A stretch of DNA of 64,000 nucleotides from Candidatus Gastranaerophilales bacterium (GTDB lineage Bacteria > Cyanobacteriota > Vampirovibrionia > Gastranaerophilales > Gastranaerophilaceae): assembly GCA_016287985.1 (NCBI GenBank), contig JAEEXX010000001.1, positions 12,717 to 76,716 on the forward strand, written 5' to 3'. The notes beneath the pieces are model-generated. The model was not told where the DNA came from. It saw only the letters and a program-made list of their open reading frames with translations, and ran no database searches. The position numbers were made by a program, and so were the translations under genes. Each line of letters begins with the position of its first letter. Within the stretch, counting starts at the first letter, position 1. Shown one piece after another: positions 19,457 to 28,736 of the stretch.

Positions 19457-20311
19457 ATGACAATTACGGTGAATAGCAAAAAGAAGCAAGTCAAAAAGAC
19501 TTTTCAAGAACTTATTAATGATTTAATGACAAGCAGTTCTGAAAAAGTTCGCTATAATGCGGCACGAGTACTGGGAGAATCCGGGGATTCTAAGGCAGTA
19601 GAACCGTTAATTAATGTACTTAAGAATGATAAAAACGGTTCAGTTCGTTTATATGCCGCAAGAGCACTTGGCGAATTAGGTGATTCAAAGGCCACCGAGC
19701 ACTTAATAGAATCATTGCGTGAAGACAGAAATGTTGACGTTAGGGTTCGTGCAGCACGTGCATTAGGTCGCTTGGGCGGTAAAATCGTTGTTGAACCGTT
19801 GGTTGAGGCACTTAATGATGAAAATTCACAAGTATGCATTACCGCAACAGATGCACTGATTGAAATTGGCGATGTTGCAACAGATGCATTAATAAAATCT
19901 CTCGATCATGAAAAAGTTAATGTAAGATGTGACGCAACTCGTGCTTTAGGTGAAATCGGGAATAAGAAATGTGTTGATAAAATTATCAATATGTTGTATG
20001 ACGAATGGGTTAATGTAAGAATCTATGCAGTAACATCATTAGGAAAATTAAATGACACAAAAGCGGTTCCGGCATTAATTGAAGTTATGAAAAATCGTTC
20101 CGAAAACGATTTGGTAAGAGCAGGAGCAGCCGCAGCGTTAGGTGTGTTGAGAGACCAAAGAGCATTGCTTCCTTTGCGCGAATTGATTATGGAAGCTGAG
20201 GAACTCGGGGAACTTGAAGACACAGCACTTAAATCATTCAAGAAAATTATGGCCGCGAATTGGCAGGCAATACCCGGGGCGAGCCAACAGAAAAAGACTG
20301 TTTCTGTGTAA
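19457..20311 (+). CDS. HEAT-repeat (PBS-lyase-like) protein
   Basis: Tandem VR..AA.ALG.LGD.KAVEPLI repeats; GGAGG RBS. Confidence 0.9.
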   Translation: MTITVNSKKKQVKKTFQELINDLMTSSSEKVRYNAARVLGESGDSKAVEPLINVLKNDKNGSVRLYAARALGELGDSKATEHLIESLREDRNVDVRVRAARALGRLGGKIVVEPLVEALNDENSQVCITATDALIEIGDVATDALIKSLDHEKVNVRCDATRALGEIGNKKCVDKIINMLYDEWVNVRIYAVTSLGKLNDTKAVPALIEVMKNRSENDLVRAGAAAALGVLRDQRALLPLRELIMEAEELGELEDTALKSFKKIMAANWQAIPGASQQKKTVSV

Positions 20312-20330
20312 TAGGATTTAAAAATTTTAA

Positions 20331-20368
20331 AAAATAAAAGACCTACAATCATATAGGTCTTTTATTTT
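20331..20368. terminator. Bidirectional terminator
   Basis: AAAATAAAAGACCTA...TAGGTCTTTTATTTT. Confidence 0.8.
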
Positions 20369-20564
20369 ATTCTATTAAACCATTTTTGTACGCATAAACA
20401 GCAATTTGAACACGATTATGCAAATTTGTTTTTTCAAAAATGTTTTCTATATTCTTTTTTACTGTATGCACGGAAATAAATAGTTTCTGTGCGATTTCAT
20501 CATTTGTTTTTCCGTCTGCCAAAAGTCGAATTGTCATTATTTCACGTTCAGTAAAATGAAGCAC
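20367..20564 (-). CDS. Stand-alone LuxR-type HTH regulator
   Basis: FTEREI..IRLLADGKTNDEIAQKLFISVHTVK...NRVQIAVYA. Confidence 0.85.
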   Translation of the reverse strand: MLHFTEREIMTIRLLADGKTNDEIAQKLFISVHTVKKNIENIFEKTNLHNRVQIAVYAYKNGLIE

Positions 20565-20688
20565 TTTTAATTAAAACCTTTCTGTCCATATGCACGTATT
20601 AACATTATATAGTCAACAGAAATAAAGTTATTAATATATTTTCCAGTTTACAAAAATTTACAAATCAATAAAATGTGCAATCATAAAC

Positions 20689-22533
20689 CTATTCAACAGT
20701 AACCGATTTCGCCAGATTTCTCGGTTGGTCTACGTCTTTGCCTAAAAATTCCGCTATGTAATATGCTAATAATTGCAAAGGAACAATTGCTAAAGCCGGT
20801 GAAAGTGTTTCATCTACTTCAGGAACCCTTATAATCGATTCGAACAAATCATCAAGTTTAACATCTTCCGAATCTGTAAGAGCAATCATTCTTGCATTTC
20901 TTGCTTTTGCTTCCTCGGCATTCGAAAGTATCTTGTCATAGACTTTACCTTTCATTAGAATTGCCAAAACCGGCATCGATTCATCAAGCATAGCGATTGG
21001 ACCGTGTTTGAGTTCACCTGCTGTATATCCGGTTGCATTAATATAGCTGATTTCTTTGAGCTTTAAGGCCCCTTCTAATGCAGTCGGGAAATTTATTCCT
21101 CTGGCAATAAATATAAAATCTTTTGAATTAGCAAATTTTCTCGCACAAATTTGCACATCATCTTTATGTGAAAGAACTTTTTCTAATTTTTGCGGGAGTA
21201 TAATAAGTTCACGCTTAATTTTTTCTAGAATGGACTTTGAAGCCGAATCTTTTATTTCAGCAATATAAATCGCAAGAAGATAAAAAGAAATAACTTGTGC
21301 CATATAAGACTTGGTAGCTGCAACAGAAACTTCTATACCGGCGTTAACAGGGACTAAGCTGTCAGCTTCTCTTGCCATTGTAGAATCGGGACGGTTGGTT
21401 ACAATAAGAATATGCGAGCCTCGTGATTTTGCCTGCCTTACGGCTGTTATTGTATCTGCAGTTTCACCAGATTGTGAAACACCGATTACAAGAGTATTTT
21501 TATCCCCTACAGTTTTTCTGTAAATATATTCGCTGGAAGGCTCAACATCAACAGGAATGTCACACAATTCTTCTATAATGTATTTACCAACCATTGCAGC
21601 ATGCAATGACGTTCCGCAGGCAACTATTTGGATTCTGTTTAAATTTTTTAATGATTCTCTATTTAAAGTAACTTCGTTTAAAATGACTTTTTCATCAATT
21701 GCTCTTAATTTTCCACTCAAGACATTTCTTACGACGTCCGGCTGCTCATGTATTTCTTTAAGCATAAAATGCTTGTAACCCATTTTACTTAGGGCAACAG
21801 GCTCCCATGGTAATGTTTCAATCTTTTGTGAAATAGAATTACCGTCAATATCAATCAATTTCATTGAACTCGGTGTCAGGGTAACAATTTGGTTATCATC
21901 AAGATACATGGCATTTTTTGTATATTTAATTATTGCCGGAACATCAGATGCGACATAATACTCATTTTCTCCGATTCCAACTAATAAGGGTGCATTCCTT
22001 CTTGTTGCAACAATTGTATTTTTAACGTCCTGATGAATAACAGCAAGTGCATAGGCACCTTCAATTTCCTTTGTTGCAAGCCTTACCGCTTCTGTTAAAT
22101 CTTTAGTTTGGGCATATTTCTTTGCTACAAGGTGAGCGACTGTTTCTGTATCTGTTTGAGACTTGAATACACAGCCGTCTTTTTCCAACTTCACACGAAG
22201 TTCTTTATAATTTTCAATAATACCATTATGAACAACCGCAACTCTTCCGCAATTGCAGGAATGAGGATGGGCATTTACCGTGTTTGGCGCACCATGCGTT
22301 GCCCAGCGAATGTGTCCGATACCAATTGTTGATTTTTCAATGTGTTCTTTTTTAGCAGTAGTTATATTCTTAAGGTTTTGCAACTTGCCTTCGGCTTTGT
22401 ATAGTTCAACTTTTCCTTCCACATTAACAGCGATTCCTGCCGAATCATACCCCCTGTACTCAAGATTTGTTAAACCTTCCAATAATATATCCAGTGCCGA
22501 TTTACTCCCAACATACCCAACAATTCCGCACAT
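20689..22533 (-). CDS. glmS: Glutamine-fructose-6-phosphate aminotransferase
   Basis: MCGIVG, LEYRGYDSAG, GHIRWATHG and DQPRNLAKSVTVE motifs. Confidence 0.99.
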   Translation of the reverse strand: MCGIVGYVGSKSALDILLEGLTNLEYRGYDSAGIAVNVEGKVELYKAEGKLQNLKNITTAKKEHIEKSTIGIGHIRWATHGAPNTVNAHPHSCNCGRVAVVHNGIIENYKELRVKLEKDGCVFKSQTDTETVAHLVAKKYAQTKDLTEAVRLATKEIEGAYALAVIHQDVKNTIVATRRNAPLLVGIGENEYYVASDVPAIIKYTKNAMYLDDNQIVTLTPSSMKLIDIDGNSISQKIETLPWEPVALSKMGYKHFMLKEIHEQPDVVRNVLSGKLRAIDEKVILNEVTLNRESLKNLNRIQIVACGTSLHAAMVGKYIIEELCDIPVDVEPSSEYIYRKTVGDKNTLVIGVSQSGETADTITAVRQAKSRGSHILIVTNRPDSTMAREADSLVPVNAGIEVSVAATKSYMAQVISFYLLAIYIAEIKDSASKSILEKIKRELIILPQKLEKVLSHKDDVQICARKFANSKDFIFIARGINFPTALEGALKLKEISYINATGYTAGELKHGPIAMLDESMPVLAILMKGKVYDKILSNAEEAKARNARMIALTDSEDVKLDDLFESIIRVPEVDETLSPALAIVPLQLLAYYIAEFLGKDVDQPRNLAKSVTVE

Positions 22534-22622
22534 ATTTACCTCTACCTTTTATAAACAGATTATTTACAAATAAATTTTAGCATAAAAGGTATTTTTGCAT
22601 AATTAAGATTTTGTAAAGCATT

Positions 22623-22780
22623 GAATTCGCGGAAAAATTAAAATTTTTCCGCGAATTCTGGGGTACGGTTTCGAGTCAGTATGCGTGCTATCCCGCACAC
22701 ATACCGACTCTCACACACCTTGAGTCGGCTTTGAAAAAGTTCGAAAAATTGTCATTTTTCGACTTTTTCCACATCCTCCA
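22623..22780 (-). ncRNA. Structured non-coding element upstream of glmS (unclassified)
   Basis: Four hairpins, two of them mutually exclusive; G-U pairs favour the minus strand. Confidence 0.45.
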
Positions 22781-22849
22781 TTTGTAACAATTTCTTTACA
22801 ATTCAACTTCTAACTAGCAAAAAATATTTTCTCAAGTTTTTTATATAGA

Positions 22850-22913
22850 TATAAAGCTCTCTCTTCTTATTTAAACGGACAGGCCTTGGTAATTTACTCA
22901 AGGTCTTTTTTTT
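22850..22913 (+). ncRNA. Candidate sRNA
   Basis: AGCAAA-N14-GTTTT motif at 22816-22840, CU-rich body, and terminator AGGCCTTG...CAAGGTCT plus U tract; no ORF. Confidence 0.45.
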
Positions 22914-22958
22914 ATGGAAAAAAGAAGGCAAAATAGAAATTTTATTATTATTTTTACC

Positions 22959-23069
22959 GTTCTTTCTTTTTCTTTTTTGCAATCAAAAGAAAAAGAAAGA
23001 ACATAAAATAAATTTTTAATAAAACCCTCTCATGTCCCTCCGGGACATCCTCTCCTTAGGAGAGGTAGA
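22959..23069. repeat. Palindromic REP-like element, copy 1
   Basis: TTCTTT/AAAGAA hairpin, then TTAATAAAACCCTCTC-hairpin-ATCCTCTCC..GGAGAGGTAGA; second copy at 45919-46031. Confidence 0.7.
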
Positions 23070-23207
23070 AAAGTTTAATACATCAAAATATGCATTTTGA
23101 TATATTCACTTTTAACCATGCCAATAAACGTTAAGAATATGTAAAGACACAGAAATTGTATGTTAAACTAAAATTAGGGTTTAGTATGAAATACAGGAGG
23201 GAACATT

Positions 23208-24326
23208 ATGATACCTATTTTAGATTCGAAAAGACAATATGCAGCCATAGGCTCTGAGATTGAAAAAGCCGTATGTGAAGTTTTACGTTCAGGCTCTTAT
23301 ATTTTAGGACCAAACGTCAAAGCTTTAGAAGCTGAACTCGCTAAATACATAGGGTGTAATTACACAGTAGGCCTAAACTCAGGTACTGATGCATTACATC
23401 TTGCTCTAAGAGCCTTAGATATAGGCGCAGGTGATGAAGTTATTACAACCGCATTTACATTCGTTGCAACAACAGAATCAATTGAAATTGTAGGCGCAAC
23501 ACCTGTCTTCTGCGATATTAACCCAGATACATTTAATATTGATGCAAATAAGATTGAGGCACTTATTACACCTCGCACAAAAGCTATAATGCCGGTTCAC
23601 CTTTATGGTCAGCCATGCGAAATGGATAAGATTATGGATATTGCTAAACGCCATAACTTATACGTAATCGAAGATTGCTGTCAAGCAATCGGTGCTGAAT
23701 ACAAAGGACAAAAAGTAGGTACATTCGGCGATATAGGATGCTATAGTTTCTACCCGACCAAAAACCTCGGAGGAATGGGCGATGGTGGTTTGATTACCGT
23801 TAACAGCGAAAACCTCAAAAACAGAATTGTTGCTCTAAGAAACCACGGTGGTGCTATCAGATATCACCATGATGAAATCGGTGTAAATTCACGTTTAGAC
23901 GAAATTCAGGCAGCAATTTTAAGAATTAAACTTAATTACATTGACGAATGGAACAAGGCAAGAAGAAGTCATGCTGCAACTTATAATGAATTATTTGCCG
24001 GATATTCAGATATTCAAACTCCTAAAGAGCTTGATAATACTTATTGCGTATACCATCAATACACGGTTAAAATTCCAAACAGAGATGAAATACACAAAAT
24101 GCTTCAGGAATCCGGAATCGGTGCAATGCTTTATTATCCTATTCCTTTACATATGCAAAAAGTTCATGCTCATTTGGGCTATAAAATGGGCGACTTGCCT
24201 ATTACGGAAAAAAATACCGAAATGGTTATCTCTCTACCAATGTTCCCTGAGCTTACTTTGGATGAACAAAAAACAGTTGCATCAACTCTCATCAATTGTT
24301 TGGAAAAATCAAAAGCACTTGTATAA
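23208..24326 (+). CDS. DegT/DnrJ/EryC1/StrS PLP-dependent sugar aminotransferase
   Basis: NSGTDAL, PVHLYG, IEDCCQAIG, SFYPTKNLG and NSRLDEIQAA motifs. Confidence 0.95.
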   Translation: MIPILDSKRQYAAIGSEIEKAVCEVLRSGSYILGPNVKALEAELAKYIGCNYTVGLNSGTDALHLALRALDIGAGDEVITTAFTFVATTESIEIVGATPVFCDINPDTFNIDANKIEALITPRTKAIMPVHLYGQPCEMDKIMDIAKRHNLYVIEDCCQAIGAEYKGQKVGTFGDIGCYSFYPTKNLGGMGDGGLITVNSENLKNRIVALRNHGGAIRYHHDEIGVNSRLDEIQAAILRIKLNYIDEWNKARRSHAATYNELFAGYSDIQTPKELDNTYCVYHQYTVKIPNRDEIHKMLQESGIGAMLYYPIPLHMQKVHAHLGYKMGDLPITEKNTEMVISLPMFPELTLDEQKTVASTLINCLEKSKALV

Positions 24327-24340
24327 TCAGATTAATAACA

Positions 24341-24372
24341 AAAAGGCGGGCTTTTTTAAGTCCGCTTTTTTT
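24341..24372. terminator. Bidirectional terminator
   Basis: AAAAGGCGGGCTT..AAGTCCGCTTTT. Confidence 0.8.
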
Positions 24373-24390
24373 ATTAAAATTTTAACCAAT

Positions 24391-24759
24391 TTAACAGCTG
24401 TAACTGCATCCACCGCCTGAGCATCCTCCACTCGATGAGCTGACTGATACCATGCCGCCTCCTGAATATGCAACAGAACCGCAAGATTCACTGCCTGATG
24501 AGGCGTAAGCTATTGAACCGCAGGATTCTGCTTGCTCTCCAAATGATAAGATTGTCGCATCAGAAGGTCCTGAATAAAAACTGCAACTATCTTCACCGCC
24601 ATCAGATAACAATCCGCAAGCAGATATTAAAGAAGTATTATTCGAAATTAATGATGTATTGTCAGATATCAAATGAATTGAACTTTTGGCAGGTTTCGCA
24701 GTACCTAATAAGTGGAAACATTGACTTTGTTTGTCTTCAGAATTTGTAAATGTCAGCAT
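24391..24759 (-). CDS. Small Ser/Gly/Cys-rich repeat peptide (RiPP-precursor-like)
   Basis: Repeats ESCGSIAY/ESCGSVAY and NTSLIS x2; C-terminus GGCSGGGCSYSC; AAGGA RBS; bounded by terminators. Confidence 0.6.
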   Translation of the reverse strand: MLTFTNSEDKQSQCFHLLGTAKPAKSSIHLISDNTSLISNNTSLISACGLLSDGGEDSCSFYSGPSDATILSFGEQAESCGSIAYASSGSESCGSVAYSGGGMVSVSSSSGGCSGGGCSYSC

Positions 24760-24882
24760 ATCTAAATCCTTAATTAATGTTTACTCTTATATATATAAAG
24801 TATTTAAAAAGTTTCTGATTTCAGATGTTAAATTTTTATTTACAATTCTTAACATTTTTAAAAGCCTGGTTTTCACAAAAAA

Positions 24883-24914
24883 ATGGGGCGGCTGATGAAA
24901 TCAGCCGCCCCATT
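24883..24914 (-). terminator. pnp terminator
   Basis: ATGGGGCGGCTGAT..ATCAGCCGCCCCAT with U tract on the minus strand. Confidence 0.85.
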
Positions 24915-24925
24915 AAAACTATATT

Positions 24926-27070
24926 CTACATAACCGTTGCTTTTTCTTCTTCGGTTACACCTTTTATGGTAAGGTTAATTCTTCCCTTATCATCAATTTT
25001 AATAACCTTAACAATAACTTCGTCACCGATATTAACATGCGGTTCAATTGTTTCGATTCTTTCCTGACAAATTTGGGAAATATGAACCATACCGTCTTTA
25101 CCGCCGCCAAGTTCCACGAATGCGCCAATAGGTATTATCCTTACAACTTTACCTTTAATAACCATTCCTACTTCCGGCTTGAATGTCAAATCATTTATCA
25201 TCTTCTTGGCAATAGCTGCGCCTTCTTGGTCATTAGATGTAATTGTAACAACACCGTTATCCTGAATATCAATTTCAGCACCTGACGCTTCTATAATTGC
25301 TCTGATTTGTTTACCGCCAGGTCCGATAACTGTTCCGATATCATCTATCGGTATTGTCATTGTAGAAATTGATGGGGCAAACGGTGATAGGTGATCTGCA
25401 GGTTTTGTAATAACCTTTCTCATTTCACCTAAGATATGGAGTCTGCCTTCTTTTGCCTGTGCAAGAGCTCTTCTTAAAGTATCATTAGCAATACCTTTAG
25501 CTTTCATATCCATTTGAAGTGCCGTAATACCGTCATCATTACCGGTTACCTTAAAGTCCATATCTCCGAGGAAGTCTTCAATGCCTTGTATATCGGTCAA
25601 TACGACGGGCTCCCTGCCGGGTTCTGTAATCATACCCATAGCAACGCCACCAATCATACATTTAACAGGAACACCAGCGTTCATAAGTGCCATTGAAGAA
25701 CCGCAAGTTGAACCCATTGATGTTGAACCATTTGATTCAAGTACATCTGAAGTTACTCTGATTGTATATCCGAATTCTTCCTGACTTGGTAATGCCGGAA
25801 CATTAGCTCTTTCTGCCAAATTTCCGTGACCGACTTCACGTCTTCCCGGTCCTCTCAGGGGTTTTACTTCACCGACTGAAAATCCGGGGAATATATATTT
25901 ATGCATATATGATTTTTTAACTTCTGGATCAACACCGTCAAGTTCTTGAGCCATCGCAGGACCTGCAAGGGTTGCAACGGAAAGAATTTGAGTTTGGCCC
26001 CTTGTAAATACTGCTGAACCATGAGCACGAGGAATAACACCGACTTCGCACCAGATAGGACGAACTTCAGTTGGTTTTCTTCCGTCAGCACGAACACCTT
26101 CATCAAGAATCATTGCACGCATAATATGTTTTTCTGCGTTTTTGAATTCTTCTGCAACAAAGTCAATGCCTGTTTCTTCAATAATTTGTTTAATATAGTG
26201 ATCGTCCGGAAGAGCTTCAATTTTTTCTTTTACAAGATTTTTAGCCTCTTCCAATTTGTTTTGCCTGTATTCTCTGTCAAAATTGTGATAAGCATCAAAA
26301 ATCATATCGTGAGCAGTTTCTTCAATGATTTTAGCTAATTCTGATGTGTCATAAGGGTTGACAAATTCTTCTTTTACAACACCACATGCTTTAGCAAATT
26401 CCAATTGAGCATCGCACTGTTTCCTGATTTCAACTTGTGCAAATTCAACAGCATTCATAATATCGTCTTCTGTTACAAATTTACAGCCCGCTTCAACCAT
26501 GATAACAGAGTCGTGTGTACCCGCTACAACTATGTCCAAATCTGAAGCATCAGCTTGTCTATGTGTTGGATTTGCAATCATGTTGCCGCTTTCGTCTTTT
26601 GAAACACGAACTGCACCAATAGGGCCTTCAAACGGAGCACCTGAAAGCATCAAGGCACAAGATGCACCTAACATAGCCAAAGTGTCAGGCTGATTTTCCT
26701 GATCATAGCTGAATAATTGAGCTACAATCTGTATATCATTTCTGTATCCTTTTGGGAATAAAGGTCTTATCGGTCTGTCAATCAAACGAGAGATAAGGAT
26801 GGCCTTATCGCTTGCTTTACCTTCAGAACGATTATACCCACCGGGGATTCGACCTATTGAAGACATTCTTTCTTCATAATCAATAAGTAAAGGGAAGAAG
26901 TCTATACCGACTCTGGGTTCTTTACTTACACAACAATGCACGAATAACATTGTATCACCGCATCTTACAGTAACACTTCCGTTGGTTGACTGTGCATACT
27001 TTCCTGTTTCTACAGTGACGGTTTTACCGCCGATTTCTAACTGAAAACTTTTTGTTTCCGGTACTGTCAT
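24926..27070 (-). CDS. pnp: Polyribonucleotide nucleotidyltransferase (PNPase)
   Basis: Two RNase PH domains (RLIDRPIRPLFP, RREVGHG, ESNGSTSM, GDMDFKV), KH and S1 domains. Confidence 0.99.
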   Translation of the reverse strand: MTVPETKSFQLEIGGKTVTVETGKYAQSTNGSVTVRCGDTMLFVHCCVSKEPRVGIDFFPLLIDYEERMSSIGRIPGGYNRSEGKASDKAILISRLIDRPIRPLFPKGYRNDIQIVAQLFSYDQENQPDTLAMLGASCALMLSGAPFEGPIGAVRVSKDESGNMIANPTHRQADASDLDIVVAGTHDSVIMVEAGCKFVTEDDIMNAVEFAQVEIRKQCDAQLEFAKACGVVKEEFVNPYDTSELAKIIEETAHDMIFDAYHNFDREYRQNKLEEAKNLVKEKIEALPDDHYIKQIIEETGIDFVAEEFKNAEKHIMRAMILDEGVRADGRKPTEVRPIWCEVGVIPRAHGSAVFTRGQTQILSVATLAGPAMAQELDGVDPEVKKSYMHKYIFPGFSVGEVKPLRGPGRREVGHGNLAERANVPALPSQEEFGYTIRVTSDVLESNGSTSMGSTCGSSMALMNAGVPVKCMIGGVAMGMITEPGREPVVLTDIQGIEDFLGDMDFKVTGNDDGITALQMDMKAKGIANDTLRRALAQAKEGRLHILGEMRKVITKPADHLSPFAPSISTMTIPIDDIGTVIGPGGKQIRAIIEASGAEIDIQDNGVVTITSNDQEGAAIAKKMINDLTFKPEVGMVIKGKVVRIIPIGAFVELGGGKDGMVHISQICQERIETIEPHVNIGDEVIVKVIKIDDKGRINLTIKGVTEEEKATVM

Positions 27071-27281
27071 TTTTCCTTCTTTCTCCCGATTACTCGAAAA
27101 TCGGGCGCTTCCATTAAATTAATATTCTTTCGACAACAATTATAATATAAAAAAGATTATAAGTTAATAAAAGTTAATTTATATTGGTTACAAAATATTA
27201 ATTTATCATTGGCAAAATTTCATATTTGTTTTAATATAGCATTGTCACAAATGCTTTGAATTTTTAAAGAGGAGTATATAT

Positions 27282-28406
27282 ATGAAAAAAATATTAACAG
27301 TTGCAGCTTTATCAGCAATTTTACTTTCAGGTTGTTCTTTCATGCATTTCGGTAAAGGTATCATTAAAGTTAATGACATAATAATTACGAAATCAGAATT
27401 TGACAGAGCGATAGATAAAGAGCTTGATAATTCCATGTTCAAGGCTTTTGGCGGAGCTTCAAATTTTGTAAAATCAGATGACAACTTAATGTATTTGATA
27501 TTTAAAGAAAAAGTTTCAAGTGAGTTGATAGTAAAAGCTTTACTTGAAAGTGAAATTGAAAAACGAGGTATAAAAGTAACAGATGATGATATTAAAAATG
27601 AGATGAAATCAATAATTGATAAAGTTGGTTCAAAAGAAGAATTAAATAAACTTCTTAAGAGCAGGGGTGTTACTAATGATGAATTTAATGCAGATTTAAA
27701 AATGCAGATTAAAATGAAAAAATTAGTAGATTCAATAGAAAAAATTAATATTTCAGATGCCGAAACCTTGAAATATTACAATGAAAATCCGGCACAATTT
27801 AAACACGAAGAACAAGTTCGTGCATCGCATATTCTTGTTGCTTCAGATACATTATCGATTATCAGAGACATAAAGAAAAAGAACAAAAACATTGAAGTTG
27901 ATGAACTGAATAAAAAAGTAGAAGCTATACAGGCAGAAAGAAAAAACAAAGCTGAAACATTATTAAAAGAAGTATTGGCAAATCCTGATTCGTTTGAAAA
28001 AATTGCAAGCAAGGAATCCGATGACAAAGCCAGCGGAGAGAGAGGCGGAGAATTAGGATACTTTCCAAGAAAAACAATGGTAAAAGAATTTTCTGATGTA
28101 GCTTTTTCAATGAAACCTAATACAATATATGACAAACTCGTTGTTACTCCGTATGGATATCACATAATAAAAGTTACAGACAGGATAGAACCAGGGACAA
28201 CGCCTTATGCAAAAGCAAAAGGAGATATCAAGTTCTATATGGAAACTCAAGCACAAATGAAAGTTCTTAAAAATTTAACGGACGGATTAATGAAAACAGC
28301 TAACATAGAATATATTGACAGCTCTTTTGATCCGGCAAATATAAATAAAAAGGCAATGCAAACAAGTAAAGAAAACAGCAAAACAAAGCAAGACGGAGAT
28401 AAGTAA
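27282..28406 (+). CDS. prsA: PrsA-like foldase lipoprotein (SurA-N plus parvulin PPIase)
   Basis: Lipobox LSG-C; VRASHILV, SDD..S..RGGELG and TPYGYHIIKV motifs. Confidence 0.85.
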   Translation: MKKILTVAALSAILLSGCSFMHFGKGIIKVNDIIITKSEFDRAIDKELDNSMFKAFGGASNFVKSDDNLMYLIFKEKVSSELIVKALLESEIEKRGIKVTDDDIKNEMKSIIDKVGSKEELNKLLKSRGVTNDEFNADLKMQIKMKKLVDSIEKINISDAETLKYYNENPAQFKHEEQVRASHILVASDTLSIIRDIKKKNKNIEVDELNKKVEAIQAERKNKAETLLKEVLANPDSFEKIASKESDDKASGERGGELGYFPRKTMVKEFSDVAFSMKPNTIYDKLVVTPYGYHIIKVTDRIEPGTTPYAKAKGDIKFYMETQAQMKVLKNLTDGLMKTANIEYIDSSFDPANINKKAMQTSKENSKTKQDGDK

Positions 28407-28736
28407 ATGAATACAGCTACAGTAATCGGCAGAGCCGGACAAGATGCAGAAATAAAATATTTTGAATCAGGAAAAGTTAAAACAACTTTTTCGCTCGCCG
28501 TGAATCGTTGGGATTCTAAAACCAAGGAAGAGGTCACAGATTGGTTTAATATAGAAGTTTGGGATAAGCAGGCTGAATTTGCGGGAGAATACGTTAAAAA
28601 AGGCAGACAAGTTGTTGTTGACGGGAGGATTTCAATAAGCAAATGGACTGATCAATCCGGAGAAGAAAGAGAACGCTTTTTAGTAATCGCAAATAACATC
28701 CGTTTACTTGGTTCAAAAAGGGATGCCGAGGGATAA
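28407..28736 (+). CDS. ssb: Single-stranded DNA-binding protein (short, cyanobacterial type)
   Basis: GRAGQDAEIKYFESG...FSLAVNR...TDWFNIEVW...YVKKG. Confidence 0.95.
   Translation: MNTATVIGRAGQDAEIKYFESGKVKTTFSLAVNRWDSKTKEEVTDWFNIEVWDKQAEFAGEYVKKGRQVVVDGRISISKWTDQSGEERERFLVIANNIRLLGSKRDAEG

Noticed and set aside
22705-22720. Yfr1 sRNA motif (ACTCTCACAC resembles ACUCCUCACAC)
   Set aside because: One base short of the conserved motif, partly buried in a stem, and G-U pairing favours the opposite strand.
22534-22800. glmS ribozyme
   Set aside because: The conserved core (AGCGCC...GACGAGG) is not present on the glmS-sense strand.
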